Part shown: in pieces, positions 18,252 through 27,841 of the stretch | Layout of the letters: every line of letters begins with the position of its first letter | How positions within the stretch are numbered: the first letter of the stretch is position 1 | Position numbers and translations under genes: made by a program | Notes under the pieces: generated by a model | What the model saw: only the letters and a program-made list of their open reading frames with translations | What the model was told of the DNA's origin: nothing | Databases searched by the model: none | NCBI GenBank assembly: GCA_964547875.1 | Contig: CAZJPE010000001.1 | Coordinates: 176,703-240,702 of the forward strand | DNA: 64,000 bases | DNA from: Candidatus Woesearchaeota archaeon | GTDB lineage: Archaea; Nanobdellota; Nanobdellia; Pacearchaeales; GW2011-AR1 | Direction of reading: 5' to 3'

Positions 18252-18461
18252 AGAAAGACAAAATGAAAATCATTAGAGATCTTTTAGGTTATCAATTAAA
18301 AAGGGGAAATAGGACATATAAGCAAACTGGCTAATAGAAGAACTTAAGGCAAATAAATTATCAAATGTTATAATAATAGATAAAGAAAATTATAAAAAAT
18401 CACAAGTCTGCTGAAAAATAAAAAAGTCCAATACAAAATTATTGAAATTTAGACAGATAGC

Positions 18462-19370
18462 TTACTTTTCCCCTGCCTCAAGAATCCTATCAATTATTTT
18501 TGACATTTCCAATAGGAAAGATTCTGCAATGTTCTGCCATTTGTCAATCTCATTGCCTTTAATATCATTTATCTCGCGATGCTGGATTCCTTTATGAAGG
18601 AGATAAATTTCGCGTAGCTCTCCAACTCTGTCTAATTTTAATAAGCCATTATCGGCAAATGTAGTTTTCAGCATCTGTGGAATGTGCTCTGGGCTTGGAG
18701 GCAATTTGCCTGCTGTTATTAATGCTGCTTGCGCGGCATCGACCATTGTCCAATAAACTCCTTCTATTGAACTTAAAATAGCTATCTTACTTCTTGCCAA
18801 ATGCAAAGGAGATCTTTGAAGAGCATTATAAACTGCTTCAGGAGTAGAGCGTATTCTGCCCTGCAATAGAAGGGCTTTTAATGGATTGAAAAATCCTCCG
18901 GAGTCAATTAATGCTTCTCCATAACGCAGGGCATTTATTACAACAGGATCGCCATGGACAAGATCCTGCCACCATGTCGTTAGCTTTATTGTATTGACAT
19001 GCAAATCTTTTGGATATTTTTCTGATGCTATTAGCTTGCCTAATTCTTCCCTATACCATGCTATTAATTCTAAATCCCAATTTATTGACGCATCGTCTAT
19101 AATCAAGATTACGTCAATGTCTGAAGTTGAATGGGCCGTGCTCTGCGCCTGCGAGCCGAAGAGAATAGATGCCTTTACAATCCTGTCAAATTTTTTATGA
19201 ACTTTCTCTGCAAAATCCATTGCTATTTCTTTCTCATTAATCAGAGATTTTTTCTGCAGAGGAAGAGTTTTTATAAGCTTAACTCTTGATTTAGCAGAGG
19301 CGTGCTCATTTTTTTTGCTTTCAACCTTCTTTTTTAATGCCATTTTATATTTATTGAAAGATAATGACAT
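18462..19370 (-). CDS. Pol-beta-fold nucleotidyltransferase fused to HEPN-like helical domain
   Basis: FGSQAQSTAHSTSDIDVILIIDD. The C-terminal GRIRSTPEAVYNAL...AAQAALITAGKLPPSPEHIPQML parallels 9670-11490 (GRIKPSPEAIDQYM...QALMMLAGHSPPVPKTIVAEV). Confidence 0.7.
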   Translation of the reverse strand: MSLSFNKYKMALKKKVESKKNEHASAKSRVKLIKTLPLQKKSLINEKEIAMDFAEKVHKKFDRIVKASILFGSQAQSTAHSTSDIDVILIIDDASINWDLELIAWYREELGKLIASEKYPKDLHVNTIKLTTWWQDLVHGDPVVINALRYGEALIDSGGFFNPLKALLLQGRIRSTPEAVYNALQRSPLHLARSKIAILSSIEGVYWTMVDAAQAALITAGKLPPSPEHIPQMLKTTFADNGLLKLDRVGELREIYLLHKGIQHREINDIKGNEIDKWQNIAESFLLEMSKIIDRILEAGEK

Positions 19371-19372
19371 AT

Positions 19373-19753
19373 TTAAATCTTTAATTTTTTCTTTATTAAA
19401 GTGACATCATTTTTGATAATTTTTATGTCCGTCTTTATTGAATTGATATCGTTTTTTGCATTGCTAAAACTATATGTTATTCCAACTTTTATCTCTCCGA
19501 TTTCTCTATAGGTTTTGATAATAAATCCTATTATTGCTACAATTAAAGCAGAATTAAACTGACTTAAATCCGGACTTCCACCTAATATTAATTTAATAAG
19601 CCAATAAATAATTAATATTGTTATTAATATTAATATGGTATCTAAAATCACATCGAAAATTTTTCTTTTTCTCATTTTGGCTCGCCAGTGATTAAAATTT
19701 TTATTAAGAGTATTAATAGAAGTATAAAAATTGTTAATAAAATCCAATACCAA
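19373..19753 (-). CDS. Membrane protein, unknown function
   Basis: 126 aa with two hydrophobic helices. Confidence 0.5.
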   Translation of the reverse strand: MVLDFINNFYTSINTLNKNFNHWRAKMRKRKIFDVILDTILILITILIIYWLIKLILGGSPDLSQFNSALIVAIIGFIIKTYREIGEIKVGITYSFSNAKNDINSIKTDIKIIKNDVTLIKKKLKI

Positions 19754-19826
19754 AAGTCATGCTTTAATTTCATAATAATTTATAGCTTTATATATTATTA
19801 AAACTATCTTTGATTTTATTTATTAA

Positions 19827-21695
19827 TTACTCAATAGGTGCGCCAGAAACTCTACTGCGCCCTGCCATTTGCCCGCCTAATTCAACCGGAAGATTTGAGA
19901 AACCAGAGCCCCAGATTGAGTGATGTATTGGAGGATTTATTGCGCCTTGGCCAGAGAAATAACTGCCTGTTGTGTATGCTGTCTGATTCCAATATGGAGC
20001 GTCAGCGTCAAATACTGGAGAGCCGAAGGCTGAAAGGGTTTCCCTGACAGGACTTTTTTGATTTAGACCGCTTTGACTTAACCAATCTCCGGTTTCAACA
20101 ATTTTTTTAACCTTTTTATTATATTCATGAATTAAATCAAGCATCTTCTTTGTAGGGACATTTCCCATTCCCATTGGCAATTCTGTATGCTCTAAACCAA
20201 AATTATCTGACAAATGAACGTGCTTTACAAAAGGAGCTATCTTTTTTGTTTGTTCAAGAAGATGTTTTTCTTGATAGCCATGACCTCTCAACATGTTGAT
20301 ATGGCCAACATCCCAAGTAACGCCGATTAATTTTTCTGCCTGCTTCTGCGCTTCTGATTTTGAGAGATTGAGCTTTTTTGTCGCTTCTTCTACAAATTCC
20401 TCTCTTGCTTTTTTCACCAAATCTCTTAAGTCCTCTGCCCTGCTCAACCCGCTGCCTGCAGGAGGATTTTCTATGCTTATTATAGGCGAGGCATCTTTGT
20501 ATTTTTTGTATGAATCAAAAGCTACATTCGCAAATGTTTTTCCTGCCTCTTCTATTGCCCATTTTCTAAGAGGCTTATAAATCTGAGGAGTATTTATTGT
20601 TCTTAAAACTTGAATTCCTTTCTTTAATTCTTCTGCGAGAAGAGGGACATTTTCGCGCTTTGAAATTTCAGCAAATTTTGGCTGTATTTCTTTTCTGAAA
20701 TTGTCAAGTTTTTGCAAATCCTGTTTTGCCTCTTTTGTGTCTGATTTTTTCAAAGAGTCATATGCTCTGTCATAGATATCCTGAAACCCTTGATATGCCT
20801 GCCGAAGATTTAAATCGCCGAAAGTTATGTCATTAACTGCTTTTTCTGCTTGTTTTGTATTTATTCCTTCTTTTTGCAGGACTTGAAGCATTTTTTGCGC
20901 TTCATCTGTCCCTAATTTGCCGTAAAGTTCAAATAAATCTTTTCCCTTTTCAGATTCCTTAATTGCGTCAATGACTTCTGCGCCTCTTCTTACATTGAAA
21001 TTAATTGTCTCTAACGCTCCAAACCACGCATCTGTGTTTTGCTTGTCCAGAAATTTTTTGGGGTCTTCTGCCTTTAATTCGCCTTTAAAATGGCTTAATT
21101 TTGGAGCCATATTTTGAAATTGCCCCCTATATTCGTCAATTGCCCAGAAGTCTTTTACTTCTTTCTCGCCTTTATCGTTTATTACTATTGTTTGCGGATC
21201 TGGAAGGCCGTTACTTGAATGAAATGTTACAACTAAATTTCCTTTTGGGTCTAATTCGTGGCTCCTATGAATTGTGCTTATCATCTCTCTTTCAACTCTT
21301 TTTCTGTCTTCTTCTGTCCAGCCCTGCCTGCCTTGAAAGCCGGTTGCTTCAACTAAGGGGCCATGAAATGTTAAATCAACCCCTGTAAGTTTTTTGAGAC
21401 GGTTTATTTCCTTCCACATTTGTTTTGGAATATTGTCCATCCCCTTCATTGGTTCTCTGGCCATAATATTAAAACCAGATACTTCTATTGTCTTTATACC
21501 AGTTGATATTCTGTCTGAAACATTTTTCAATTGATTTGCTCCTATAGGATTTGATGGCACTCCAAATTCTCTCGCAGGAATTCTGTAATCAAATCCTAAA
21601 AATGATTCTCCATAATTCTCGCTAAGTCCATATGAAGCACCAATGGAAGAATCAAAGCCATATCCTTTATTTCTATAGATATTTTCAGTTGGCAT
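19827..21695 (-). CDS. Endonuclease IV / xylose-isomerase-like TIM-barrel protein with a roughly 230-aa helical insertion
   Basis: TFHGPLVEATG, VTFHSSNG, WDVGHINMLRGHGY and VKHVHLSDNFGLEHTELPMGMGNVP line up with AP-endonuclease-2 family metal-ligand strands. Confidence 0.6.
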   Translation of the reverse strand: MPTENIYRNKGYGFDSSIGASYGLSENYGESFLGFDYRIPAREFGVPSNPIGANQLKNVSDRISTGIKTIEVSGFNIMAREPMKGMDNIPKQMWKEINRLKKLTGVDLTFHGPLVEATGFQGRQGWTEEDRKRVEREMISTIHRSHELDPKGNLVVTFHSSNGLPDPQTIVINDKGEKEVKDFWAIDEYRGQFQNMAPKLSHFKGELKAEDPKKFLDKQNTDAWFGALETINFNVRRGAEVIDAIKESEKGKDLFELYGKLGTDEAQKMLQVLQKEGINTKQAEKAVNDITFGDLNLRQAYQGFQDIYDRAYDSLKKSDTKEAKQDLQKLDNFRKEIQPKFAEISKRENVPLLAEELKKGIQVLRTINTPQIYKPLRKWAIEEAGKTFANVAFDSYKKYKDASPIISIENPPAGSGLSRAEDLRDLVKKAREEFVEEATKKLNLSKSEAQKQAEKLIGVTWDVGHINMLRGHGYQEKHLLEQTKKIAPFVKHVHLSDNFGLEHTELPMGMGNVPTKKMLDLIHEYNKKVKKIVETGDWLSQSGLNQKSPVRETLSAFGSPVFDADAPYWNQTAYTTGSYFSGQGAINPPIHHSIWGSGFSNLPVELGGQMAGRSRVSGAPIE

Positions 21696-21843
21696 TTTTT
21701 AATATAGAGGGCTGTTTATTTAAAAGTATGTTTTTTATCCATTGCAATAAAGAATAATATTTTATACAAAATCAGAGAAATTTATAGATATATGAAAGTT
21801 ACCAATATAGGCAACTTTGGTCAATCGTTAAACATAACAATTT

Positions 21844-22383
21844 TTACTCCCGCCTTTTTTTCAGCCTGTATTGCCTTTCCCTGTCCTCGTATTGCCTTTC
21901 TGCTTCTAACTCGTCTCGCGCGAGAATGTCTTGTTGTAATGGCTCTATTCTTGACTCTACTGGGCGGAATATTCTTTGATTAGCTTCCCTTAATTGCGGT
22001 TGTAATTCTTCTGCGTGCGAATATTCTCTTTCTTCATCATCCTGCCTCATTGCGTATGCTCCAGGCCGAATTTCTGATTGAAGCCTTGAGGTGTATGGCA
22101 ATTCTCTTGCTGTCTGATATCTTGCTCTTGACGGCGCTTCTTCAGTTTCTGTCTTGGCTTGAAATTCTCTTGTTTCATCTATTTCTATTTCCGCTGCCTG
22201 TAATTTTGAGGGCTTGAATTCTTCTGTTGAGAAACTTTCCTGAAATTGCCCTTCTTTTATTTCTTCCTCAAGCTTCAAATTTTTCTTTGGGGTTTCTAAT
22301 TCTTTTATCTTTTTTATTCTTGAGCTTGCTTCTTTTATCTTCCTTAATTTTTTGCTTTTATTTTTTTGTTTTGGAATTTTCAT
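21844..22383 (-). CDS. Highly charged (K/E/R/Q-rich) hypothetical protein
   Basis: 179-aa ORF, predicted disordered. Same strand as its neighbours. Confidence 0.5.
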   Translation of the reverse strand: MKIPKQKNKSKKLRKIKEASSRIKKIKELETPKKNLKLEEEIKEGQFQESFSTEEFKPSKLQAAEIEIDETREFQAKTETEEAPSRARYQTARELPYTSRLQSEIRPGAYAMRQDDEEREYSHAEELQPQLREANQRIFRPVESRIEPLQQDILARDELEAERQYEDRERQYRLKKRRE

Positions 22384-22519
22384 TATTTAACAAATTGAAT
22401 GAAATATATAAATATAGGGGGTTGAATTTTCTTTTTTTATTGTTTGTGTGATTTTTTTAATTCTTCTTCAAGTTTTACCTAAAGTTATTTTATATTTAGA
22501 TTTTCCTGTGAATAATGCT

Positions 22520-24013
22520 CTAGAAAAAGCCAGGCATCTCATTTGCGTTCTTGTAAGAATTGTAAAGCTTCCTGCAGTTTACTCTGGCGAGAATTATTGC
22601 CTGATTTCGTATGACCTTTTCTGCATCGGTATCTTTTCTAATGTCTTTTGATAATTCTGGCTGTTTTTTCTGCGCGAAGATTGAAAACAAGGCAGAAAAT
22701 GGGTTCGTATCTTCTGATTCTTTTTTTTGCTTTTGCTTGTCTTCAAGAAATTCGTCAAGATCGACCTTAATTTGTTCAAGGCTCTCTGTTGTCGAGCCTT
22801 CTAATAATTGCATTAAATCGCCTAAATCATCTTTCTCCAATTCTTCCTTGAGAGTTTTTAATTCCCTCTCGTTTAATGCGTAACTTGTAAAGTCAATCTC
22901 AGCTCTGCCACGGAAGCCATAGCCTCCTTGCTGCGTTCTTTCTGGAGCAGAGCGATATCTGAATTCAACGATAACTATTGGAGAATATTTTCTTTTTGTT
23001 ATTTTCTTGAATGATTTCGGGAGAAGGCCTGCAAGAACATCTTTATCTGGCTCATATTTTCCTTTTCCCAGGATTGTCAATTCCAAGAGCGTTGTGTTAA
23101 ATGCGTTAACTAAAGATGCTGTTGCTGTTGCGCGCTGCTCTAATTGCCTTGCTGATTTAAGATAGGGCTTTATCCAGCGGGCATAAAGCTTGACTGAATT
23201 TACTTGGTTTTTTAGATATATTCTCTCTATCTCAAATCTTTTTCTCAATTCCTGCTCTGATTCCTTGAGCCATTTTTCAAATTCTCCAATTCTCTGCTCC
23301 AGGATTCTTTTTACTCTTTCATTTAAATCCAATTTTTTTACATCATCCAAAGAATTGGCAGCCATGAATGCGTCAATAACAGTAACATAATCATATTGAG
23401 CGGCTAATTGTTTCAAACTGGTTGTGCCTCGTTTTGTAAAATCAACCTGATCCAGCCAGATTTGTTTCAGAGAAAGAAGCGCTGAACTTTTTTTCTTTTT
23501 ATCTTTTGAGTTTAAGTCGTCGTATGTTGAAAGGCGGATTTTGAACTCTTTTAAATCATAAATAATGTTCAATATTGATTTTACAATTGCCCCTACTGTT
23601 CCCATCATTTTCATAGCTTCCTCCTGCATCCTTGTTGTACGCTGCCCCATCTCCCCAAATTGGGCAGAGCCTGTTGATGTCACGAAATTATCAATAAGTT
23701 TTTCTGATTCCTTATATTCCTTGTTTATATAATCTAAAATCCAGAAATAAATAGGCTCTAAAGCTTGTGAAAAATTGTCATAAATAAGAGAATGTTTTTC
23801 TATTGGGTTTTTTATGCCGTTCAGCTTGAAGGGATTAGAAACAAGGCGCTCTTTGTCCAAATCCATATAATCTGATTCGCCTGGCTTGGCCATTTCTGCT
23901 GCTGCCAGAAAGCCTTTCTGCTTTGCTATTGCTCTGACTTCTGATTTCAGCTCTGGAGAGCAGTATACATCTGGATTTATTGCTGCGATTAAATTATGTA
24001 CGTTAATTGCCAT
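22520..24013 (-). CDS. Hypothetical 497-aa protein with central coiled-coil and C-terminal amphipathic segment
   Basis: Long ORF with no P-loop or other motif I can name. NPFSALFSIFAQKK lies near the C-terminus. Confidence 0.6.
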   Translation of the reverse strand: MAINVHNLIAAINPDVYCSPELKSEVRAIAKQKGFLAAAEMAKPGESDYMDLDKERLVSNPFKLNGIKNPIEKHSLIYDNFSQALEPIYFWILDYINKEYKESEKLIDNFVTSTGSAQFGEMGQRTTRMQEEAMKMMGTVGAIVKSILNIIYDLKEFKIRLSTYDDLNSKDKKKKSSALLSLKQIWLDQVDFTKRGTTSLKQLAAQYDYVTVIDAFMAANSLDDVKKLDLNERVKRILEQRIGEFEKWLKESEQELRKRFEIERIYLKNQVNSVKLYARWIKPYLKSARQLEQRATATASLVNAFNTTLLELTILGKGKYEPDKDVLAGLLPKSFKKITKRKYSPIVIVEFRYRSAPERTQQGGYGFRGRAEIDFTSYALNERELKTLKEELEKDDLGDLMQLLEGSTTESLEQIKVDLDEFLEDKQKQKKESEDTNPFSALFSIFAQKKQPELSKDIRKDTDAEKVIRNQAIILARVNCRKLYNSYKNANEMPGFF

Positions 24014-24064
24014 ATTATCCTCTTTTGTTCAGATAAGATAATAAGCAATGAGGTTTATTTAAAT

Positions 24065-24736
24065 TTAAGCAAGCCTGCTATCTTCAATCTCTTTTTTTGC
24101 CTTTTTAATCAGAATCTTGTTTGCCAGCCTGTGCTTGTACGCATCGTCTTCACTGCCCATTGTATAGTTGTACATGCTATTAATTATATTATGCGCTGTT
24201 CTTGCTAAACTTGACCTGATAAAAGAATCTCCGAGTTTTAACGCTGCCATGCCTGTCAATGCCATAATTCCTGCAGATGTTATATAATCTAAGTCTGAAC
24301 TCTGATTTAATTGTGATAGATTCATTAGTGTTTCTGTTGCATGATTTAGTGTGCCTCGGACGTTTGATAAGACTGTCTCTAAGGTCATTTCCTGTAAATT
24401 TTCAGTTCTATTTTTTATTAGGTTTGCTAGATTTGCCAAGCTAAAGTAGCCTGCTATTTGCGAAAGTTTTCTAAAGTTAGGCGAGTTGGGAAGCATTCTT
24501 CCAGTTACTCGGTCAATGCAATGCCCTAAGAGCAACCCGCCTGCTATTCCCATTCCTTTGGCAGAATAATCATTGAGCTGATTTTCTATTTCATTAATTT
24601 TCTCTGATGTTGCTATATATGTTGCTGTTGGGATTATTGTGTAAGCAACTCTTGTTAAAGCTCTCGCTGTGTCATAGAGTTTATCTTTTATCCTATTTGA
24701 TATTCTTTTTATTGGTTTAGTCATTATGTTTGTCAT
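24065..24736 (-). CDS. Hypothetical protein
   Basis: 223 aa. Consensus promoter (24761-24774, minus) about 27 nt upstream. Confidence 0.55.
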   Translation of the reverse strand: MTNIMTKPIKRISNRIKDKLYDTARALTRVAYTIIPTATYIATSEKINEIENQLNDYSAKGMGIAGGLLLGHCIDRVTGRMLPNSPNFRKLSQIAGYFSLANLANLIKNRTENLQEMTLETVLSNVRGTLNHATETLMNLSQLNQSSDLDYITSAGIMALTGMAALKLGDSFIRSSLARTAHNIINSMYNYTMGSEDDAYKHRLANKILIKKAKKEIEDSRLA

Positions 24737-24760
24737 TATAAAAAAAGAGATAAATAATGG

Positions 24761-24774
24761 TATTTAAATCTTTG
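24761..24774 (-). promoter_or_regulatory. Consensus promoter motif (caaagatttaaata on minus strand)
   Basis: Divergent from the plus-strand motif at 24821-24834. Confidence 0.45.
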
Positions 24775-24820
24775 CATTTGTTATCATTATATAGTAATTA
24801 TTAAATAGAAAGCCCGTTAA

Positions 24821-24834
24821 GAAGATTTATTAAT
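24821..24834 (+). promoter_or_regulatory. Consensus promoter motif gaagatttattaat
   Basis: Start codons at 24852/24855 lie about 22 nt downstream. Confidence 0.4.
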
Positions 24835-24854
24835 CGAGAGTTATTTTTTTAGTG

Positions 24855-25055
24855 ATGGATAAGGTATTCAGGTTTTTTGGTATTATCTTCTTCATTTTAG
24901 GGATAACTCTAATTTTTAATGCATTCCAGGGAATTACTGGATTTGCAGTTTATGAGAATGTTGATTTGAACATAGGGGCTGTTATTGGAGCATGGTTTAT
25001 TTTGACAGGCATTTTACTATTTGTTTATAAAAAAGTGCAAAAAGGAGTTAAATAA
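24855..25055 (+). CDS. Small two-helix membrane protein
   Basis: The track ORF starts at GTG 24852, and the ATG at 24855 is adjacent. Hydrophobic. Confidence 0.45.
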   Translation: MDKVFRFFGIIFFILGITLIFNAFQGITGFAVYENVDLNIGAVIGAWFILTGILLFVYKKVQKGVK

Positions 25056-25105
25056 AATCATGAGAGAATGAGTGCTAAAGACAAAAAACAGGACAGAGTA
25101 TAAAC

Positions 25106-25438
25106 ATGGGATTATTCAAAAGAAGGAAGCAAGGCGTTATTGATTTGACTAAATTGGAAAAAAGAGGAATTCTACAAAAATCAAGAGAAATTGCTATAAG
25201 AAATGACAGGGAAAATACTAACGCAAATAAGATTGTGGACTTATCAGATAATTCTGATAATGATCTTGGCTTTTTGAATAGTTTAGCTAGTGCTGGAGCA
25301 GGAGCTGGAGAGGATAGAATGAAAAGTCTTGATAGTTTGCGACATTTAAAAATCAAGATTGAAGATATAGAATACAAGTTGAATAGGTTTATTGAAAGGC
25401 TTGATAAGATAGAAGAAAAACTTGATAGCAATAATTGA
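25106..25438 (+). CDS. Hypothetical protein, N-terminal MGLFKRRK amphipathic start and C-terminal coiled-coil
   Basis: 110-aa ORF. Confidence 0.5.
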   Translation: MGLFKRRKQGVIDLTKLEKRGILQKSREIAIRNDRENTNANKIVDLSDNSDNDLGFLNSLASAGAGAGEDRMKSLDSLRHLKIKIEDIEYKLNRFIERLDKIEEKLDSNN

Positions 25439-25494
25439 GGGAAGAAAAGTGCGCAATATATTTAATCTATTTGCTATTTATTTTATAGATAAGA

Positions 25495-25565
25495 GGGCTT
25501 GTAGTCTAAAGGCAAAATATCTCTTTCACATGGAGAAGTTCGAGGTTCAATTCCTCGCAGGCCCA
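25495..25565 (+). tRNA. tRNA-Val (anticodon CAC)
   Basis: Hand fold. Acceptor GGGCTTG/CAGGCCC, anticodon stem TCTCT/GGAGA with loop TTCACAT, T arm CGAGG-TTCAATT-CCTCG, discriminator A. The D stem has one C-A mismatch. No encoded CCA. Confidence 0.78.
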
Positions 25566-25584
25566 TCTTACGCTTTCAATCAAA

Positions 25585-25881
25585 CTATAATTCAACACCT
25601 TGCTTCATTGCATCTCTCATAATTCCAATTTCTTTTTTTTTCTTATTAAGTTCTTCAGGAGTTAAACATATAATATCAATATCGTAAGGAGCGTCCCAAA
25701 GCAAGTATAATTTTGGAGACCTTTTATAGAATTTTATATCCTCAAAATCCCTTGAAACTATAATTAAATCAATATCGCTATTTTCTTTTGCCTTACCAGT
25801 TGCTCTTGAGCCAAATAAAATAAATCTTTCTACATTTATAATTTTTCTTACTTTTTCCATAAAATTTTTAAGCGGATTCAT
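25585..25881 (-). CDS. Minimal nucleotidyltransferase (MNT) antitoxin
   Basis: FILFGSRATGKAKENSDIDLIIVS. The preferred start is the ATG at 25881, which forms an ATGA overlap with the HEPN stop. The track start at 25905 is also possible. Confidence 0.8.
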   Translation of the reverse strand: MNPLKNFMEKVRKIINVERFILFGSRATGKAKENSDIDLIIVSRDFEDIKFYKRSPKLYLLWDAPYDIDIICLTPEELNKKKKEIGIMRDAMKQGVEL

Positions 25882-26255
25882 AATTTCAATTTCTTTCTTG
25901 CCCATTCTAATACCTCTTGAGCTATATTAAAATAATCTGTTGCATCTTTCTCTTCAAATTCTTCAGCAGGAATTTTGTTGGCTATATCTGGATATCTTGT
26001 TTCTTGATATACAGGTTCTAATAAAGCTAATTTATTTAGAACTTCTTCTGGAACATTACTCAATTTTCCCAGTTTAGACACGCTATGCGTTTTAACTAAT
26101 TCTTTTTTTTCTTTTATGTACAATGCTTTCAAAGCTTTTTCTGCTGCTTGTTGAGACATAAAAGCAGATAAATAATAATCTCCAGCATTTAAAGAATTTT
26201 CAGCGCTTCGTAAATCCGCTTCTGCCTGCTTCCACCAATTTTCAACTTCCTTCAT
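25878..26255 (-). CDS. HEPN-domain toxin
   Basis: WWKQAEADLRSAENSLNAGDYYLSAFMSQQAAEKALKALYI...ETRYPD. Confidence 0.8.
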   Translation of the reverse strand: MKEVENWWKQAEADLRSAENSLNAGDYYLSAFMSQQAAEKALKALYIKEKKELVKTHSVSKLGKLSNVPEEVLNKLALLEPVYQETRYPDIANKIPAEEFEEKDATDYFNIAQEVLEWARKKLKL

Positions 26256-26383
26256 GACCCTATATCCTATTTAGAGTATTTATAAATATGTTTTCTTCTC
26301 GCAGACCCATTTTATTCCATTGGGAAACAGATTCTTCGCACAAATATCTCGAGAAGGATTGCCAGAAAATGAGAATTAAATAA

Positions 26384-27346
26384 CTAAGCTTGGGGAGATT
26401 GCTCTTGTCCTTTTAATCCATATCTGGCATAGAGCATTCTGTATATGCGGGCTTCTCTTCCCGCAATACCTAATTCTCTAATTGCTTCATCAAAGCCTAT
26501 ATTTTTATTGCTCATAAAAGATTTTACTTCCCCATACCTCCTAGCCTTGCCTTGTGCCTGTCTAGATTTAACTTCTCTTTTTCTGCTTTTGCTTATTTCC
26601 ATTGACATAAATCTCCCCCTTATAATTTTTTCAAATGTTTCTCTGTGAATATGAGCAACGCCATCTATCTCTTTTAAAGGAAGATTGCCTTTTTTTATAT
26701 CTCTAGAAATTCTGTTTATATAAGCTTGCTTTGTGGGATTTTTTTTAGAAAAAAATGATTTTTCAGCCATTCTATAAACCTCTGCGGCTAAATTCCTAGG
26801 AATATATTCTAAAGTAATTATATCCTCGCCCTTGATAGACATAGACTTATAAATTGTCTCTATATTGCTGTCATATATTAATTTGCTAAGGTCGCCTCTG
26901 TTTATACTTTTTATTATCTTTCCTCTTCTTTCTACATTTATTAATCCTTTATCTGCTGCTCGGCGTATCTTAAATGTGTAACCTCCATATGTTATAGCAT
27001 TTTTACCAAACTTTTCATCGTTTTCTTTTAGAAGTTCTATCGCATCTGAATATGAAATATAATCTTTAGAAACACTTTTTCTTTCTGCACTTTTCTTCAC
27101 ACGATTTTTCTCATTAATTTCAAGTCTAGAGATTAAACTATTAATTCTTCCTTCTAACCTATTAAGTTGAACGGCATTGGATAAATTATTTATAAGCCTT
27201 TCATATGCAGTAATATAATCATAATTCTTTGTACTGAATATTAATTCAGTCATTTCCTTTTGTACATTGACTACACTCTCTTTATACTCAGAGACTTTTT
27301 TATTATATTCATTAACTATCTCGCTTAAAGATTTAATGTTTGCCAT
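26384..27346 (-). CDS. Hypothetical 320-aa protein (basic C-terminus, possibly DNA-binding)
   Basis: Long ORF with TATA-like ctttttaaatg about 25 nt upstream on the minus strand. Confidence 0.55.
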   Translation of the reverse strand: MANIKSLSEIVNEYNKKVSEYKESVVNVQKEMTELIFSTKNYDYITAYERLINNLSNAVQLNRLEGRINSLISRLEINEKNRVKKSAERKSVSKDYISYSDAIELLKENDEKFGKNAITYGGYTFKIRRAADKGLINVERRGKIIKSINRGDLSKLIYDSNIETIYKSMSIKGEDIITLEYIPRNLAAEVYRMAEKSFFSKKNPTKQAYINRISRDIKKGNLPLKEIDGVAHIHRETFEKIIRGRFMSMEISKSRKREVKSRQAQGKARRYGEVKSFMSNKNIGFDEAIRELGIAGREARIYRMLYARYGLKGQEQSPQA

Positions 27347-27450
27347 AGTTATTTAAAAGTAGTGTATTCATTTAAAAAGATTTATTCTTTGAGATATACA
27401 TATTATTTTATATATCTCATATAACTACTTTTAAGTTTCTACTGAATAAC

Positions 27451-27465
27451 AAAGTTTATAAATAT
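27451..27465 (+). promoter_or_regulatory. Consensus promoter motif aaagtttataaatat
   Basis: ATG at 27491 lies about 28 nt downstream. Confidence 0.4.
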
Positions 27466-27490
27466 AAGAGATACTTTATTTATTTCTAAG

Positions 27491-27619
27491 ATGGCAAAAC
27501 TTGAAGATGTTTATCAAACTGCGCTAGCAATAGCAACACGAGCGCAAGATCTTAAAATAGATATTCTTAAAGCAAAAGAAGAAAAAATAAAACTGATTAG
27601 TCTCCTAATTATTCTATAA
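27491..27619 (+). CDS. Unannotated 42-aa ORF (MAKLEDVYQTALAIATRAQDLKIDILKAKEEKIKLISLLIIL)
   Basis: Hand-read. The promoter motif at the right distance is the only support. Confidence 0.3.
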   Translation: MAKLEDVYQTALAIATRAQDLKIDILKAKEEKIKLISLLIIL

Positions 27620-27841
27620 GAAAGAAAGCCCCTTATAATGCAAATTTTGCGCAATCTCTCCAACAGACATTTTTAAAAGGATATTGTATCTCGCATCAAA
27701 TTCTTGCTTTTGTATTCTATTCTGTAAATATCGGCATAATTCACTAACATACCAATGTGGCGAGATAGGATGCACATCTTTGAATTCCTTGGGAACAGCT
27801 TCTATTACATCATCAAGTTTCTTTATTATTTCGTTATTCAT
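27614..27841 (-). CDS. Hypothetical small protein
   Basis: 75-aa ORF. Confidence 0.45.
   Translation of the reverse strand: MNNEIIKKLDDVIEAVPKEFKDVHPISPHWYVSELCRYLQNRIQKQEFDARYNILLKMSVGEIAQNLHYKGLSFL

Noticed and set aside
18264-18335. 23-codon ORF (MKIIRDLLGYQLKRGNRTYKQTG) downstream of the phased palindromes
   Set aside because: It is too short and has no promoter-motif support. It is mentioned only as context for the palindrome array.
25422-25622. 66-aa plus-strand track ORF
   Set aside because: It is fully overlapped by the tRNA-Val gene (25495-25565), so it is a spurious ORF.
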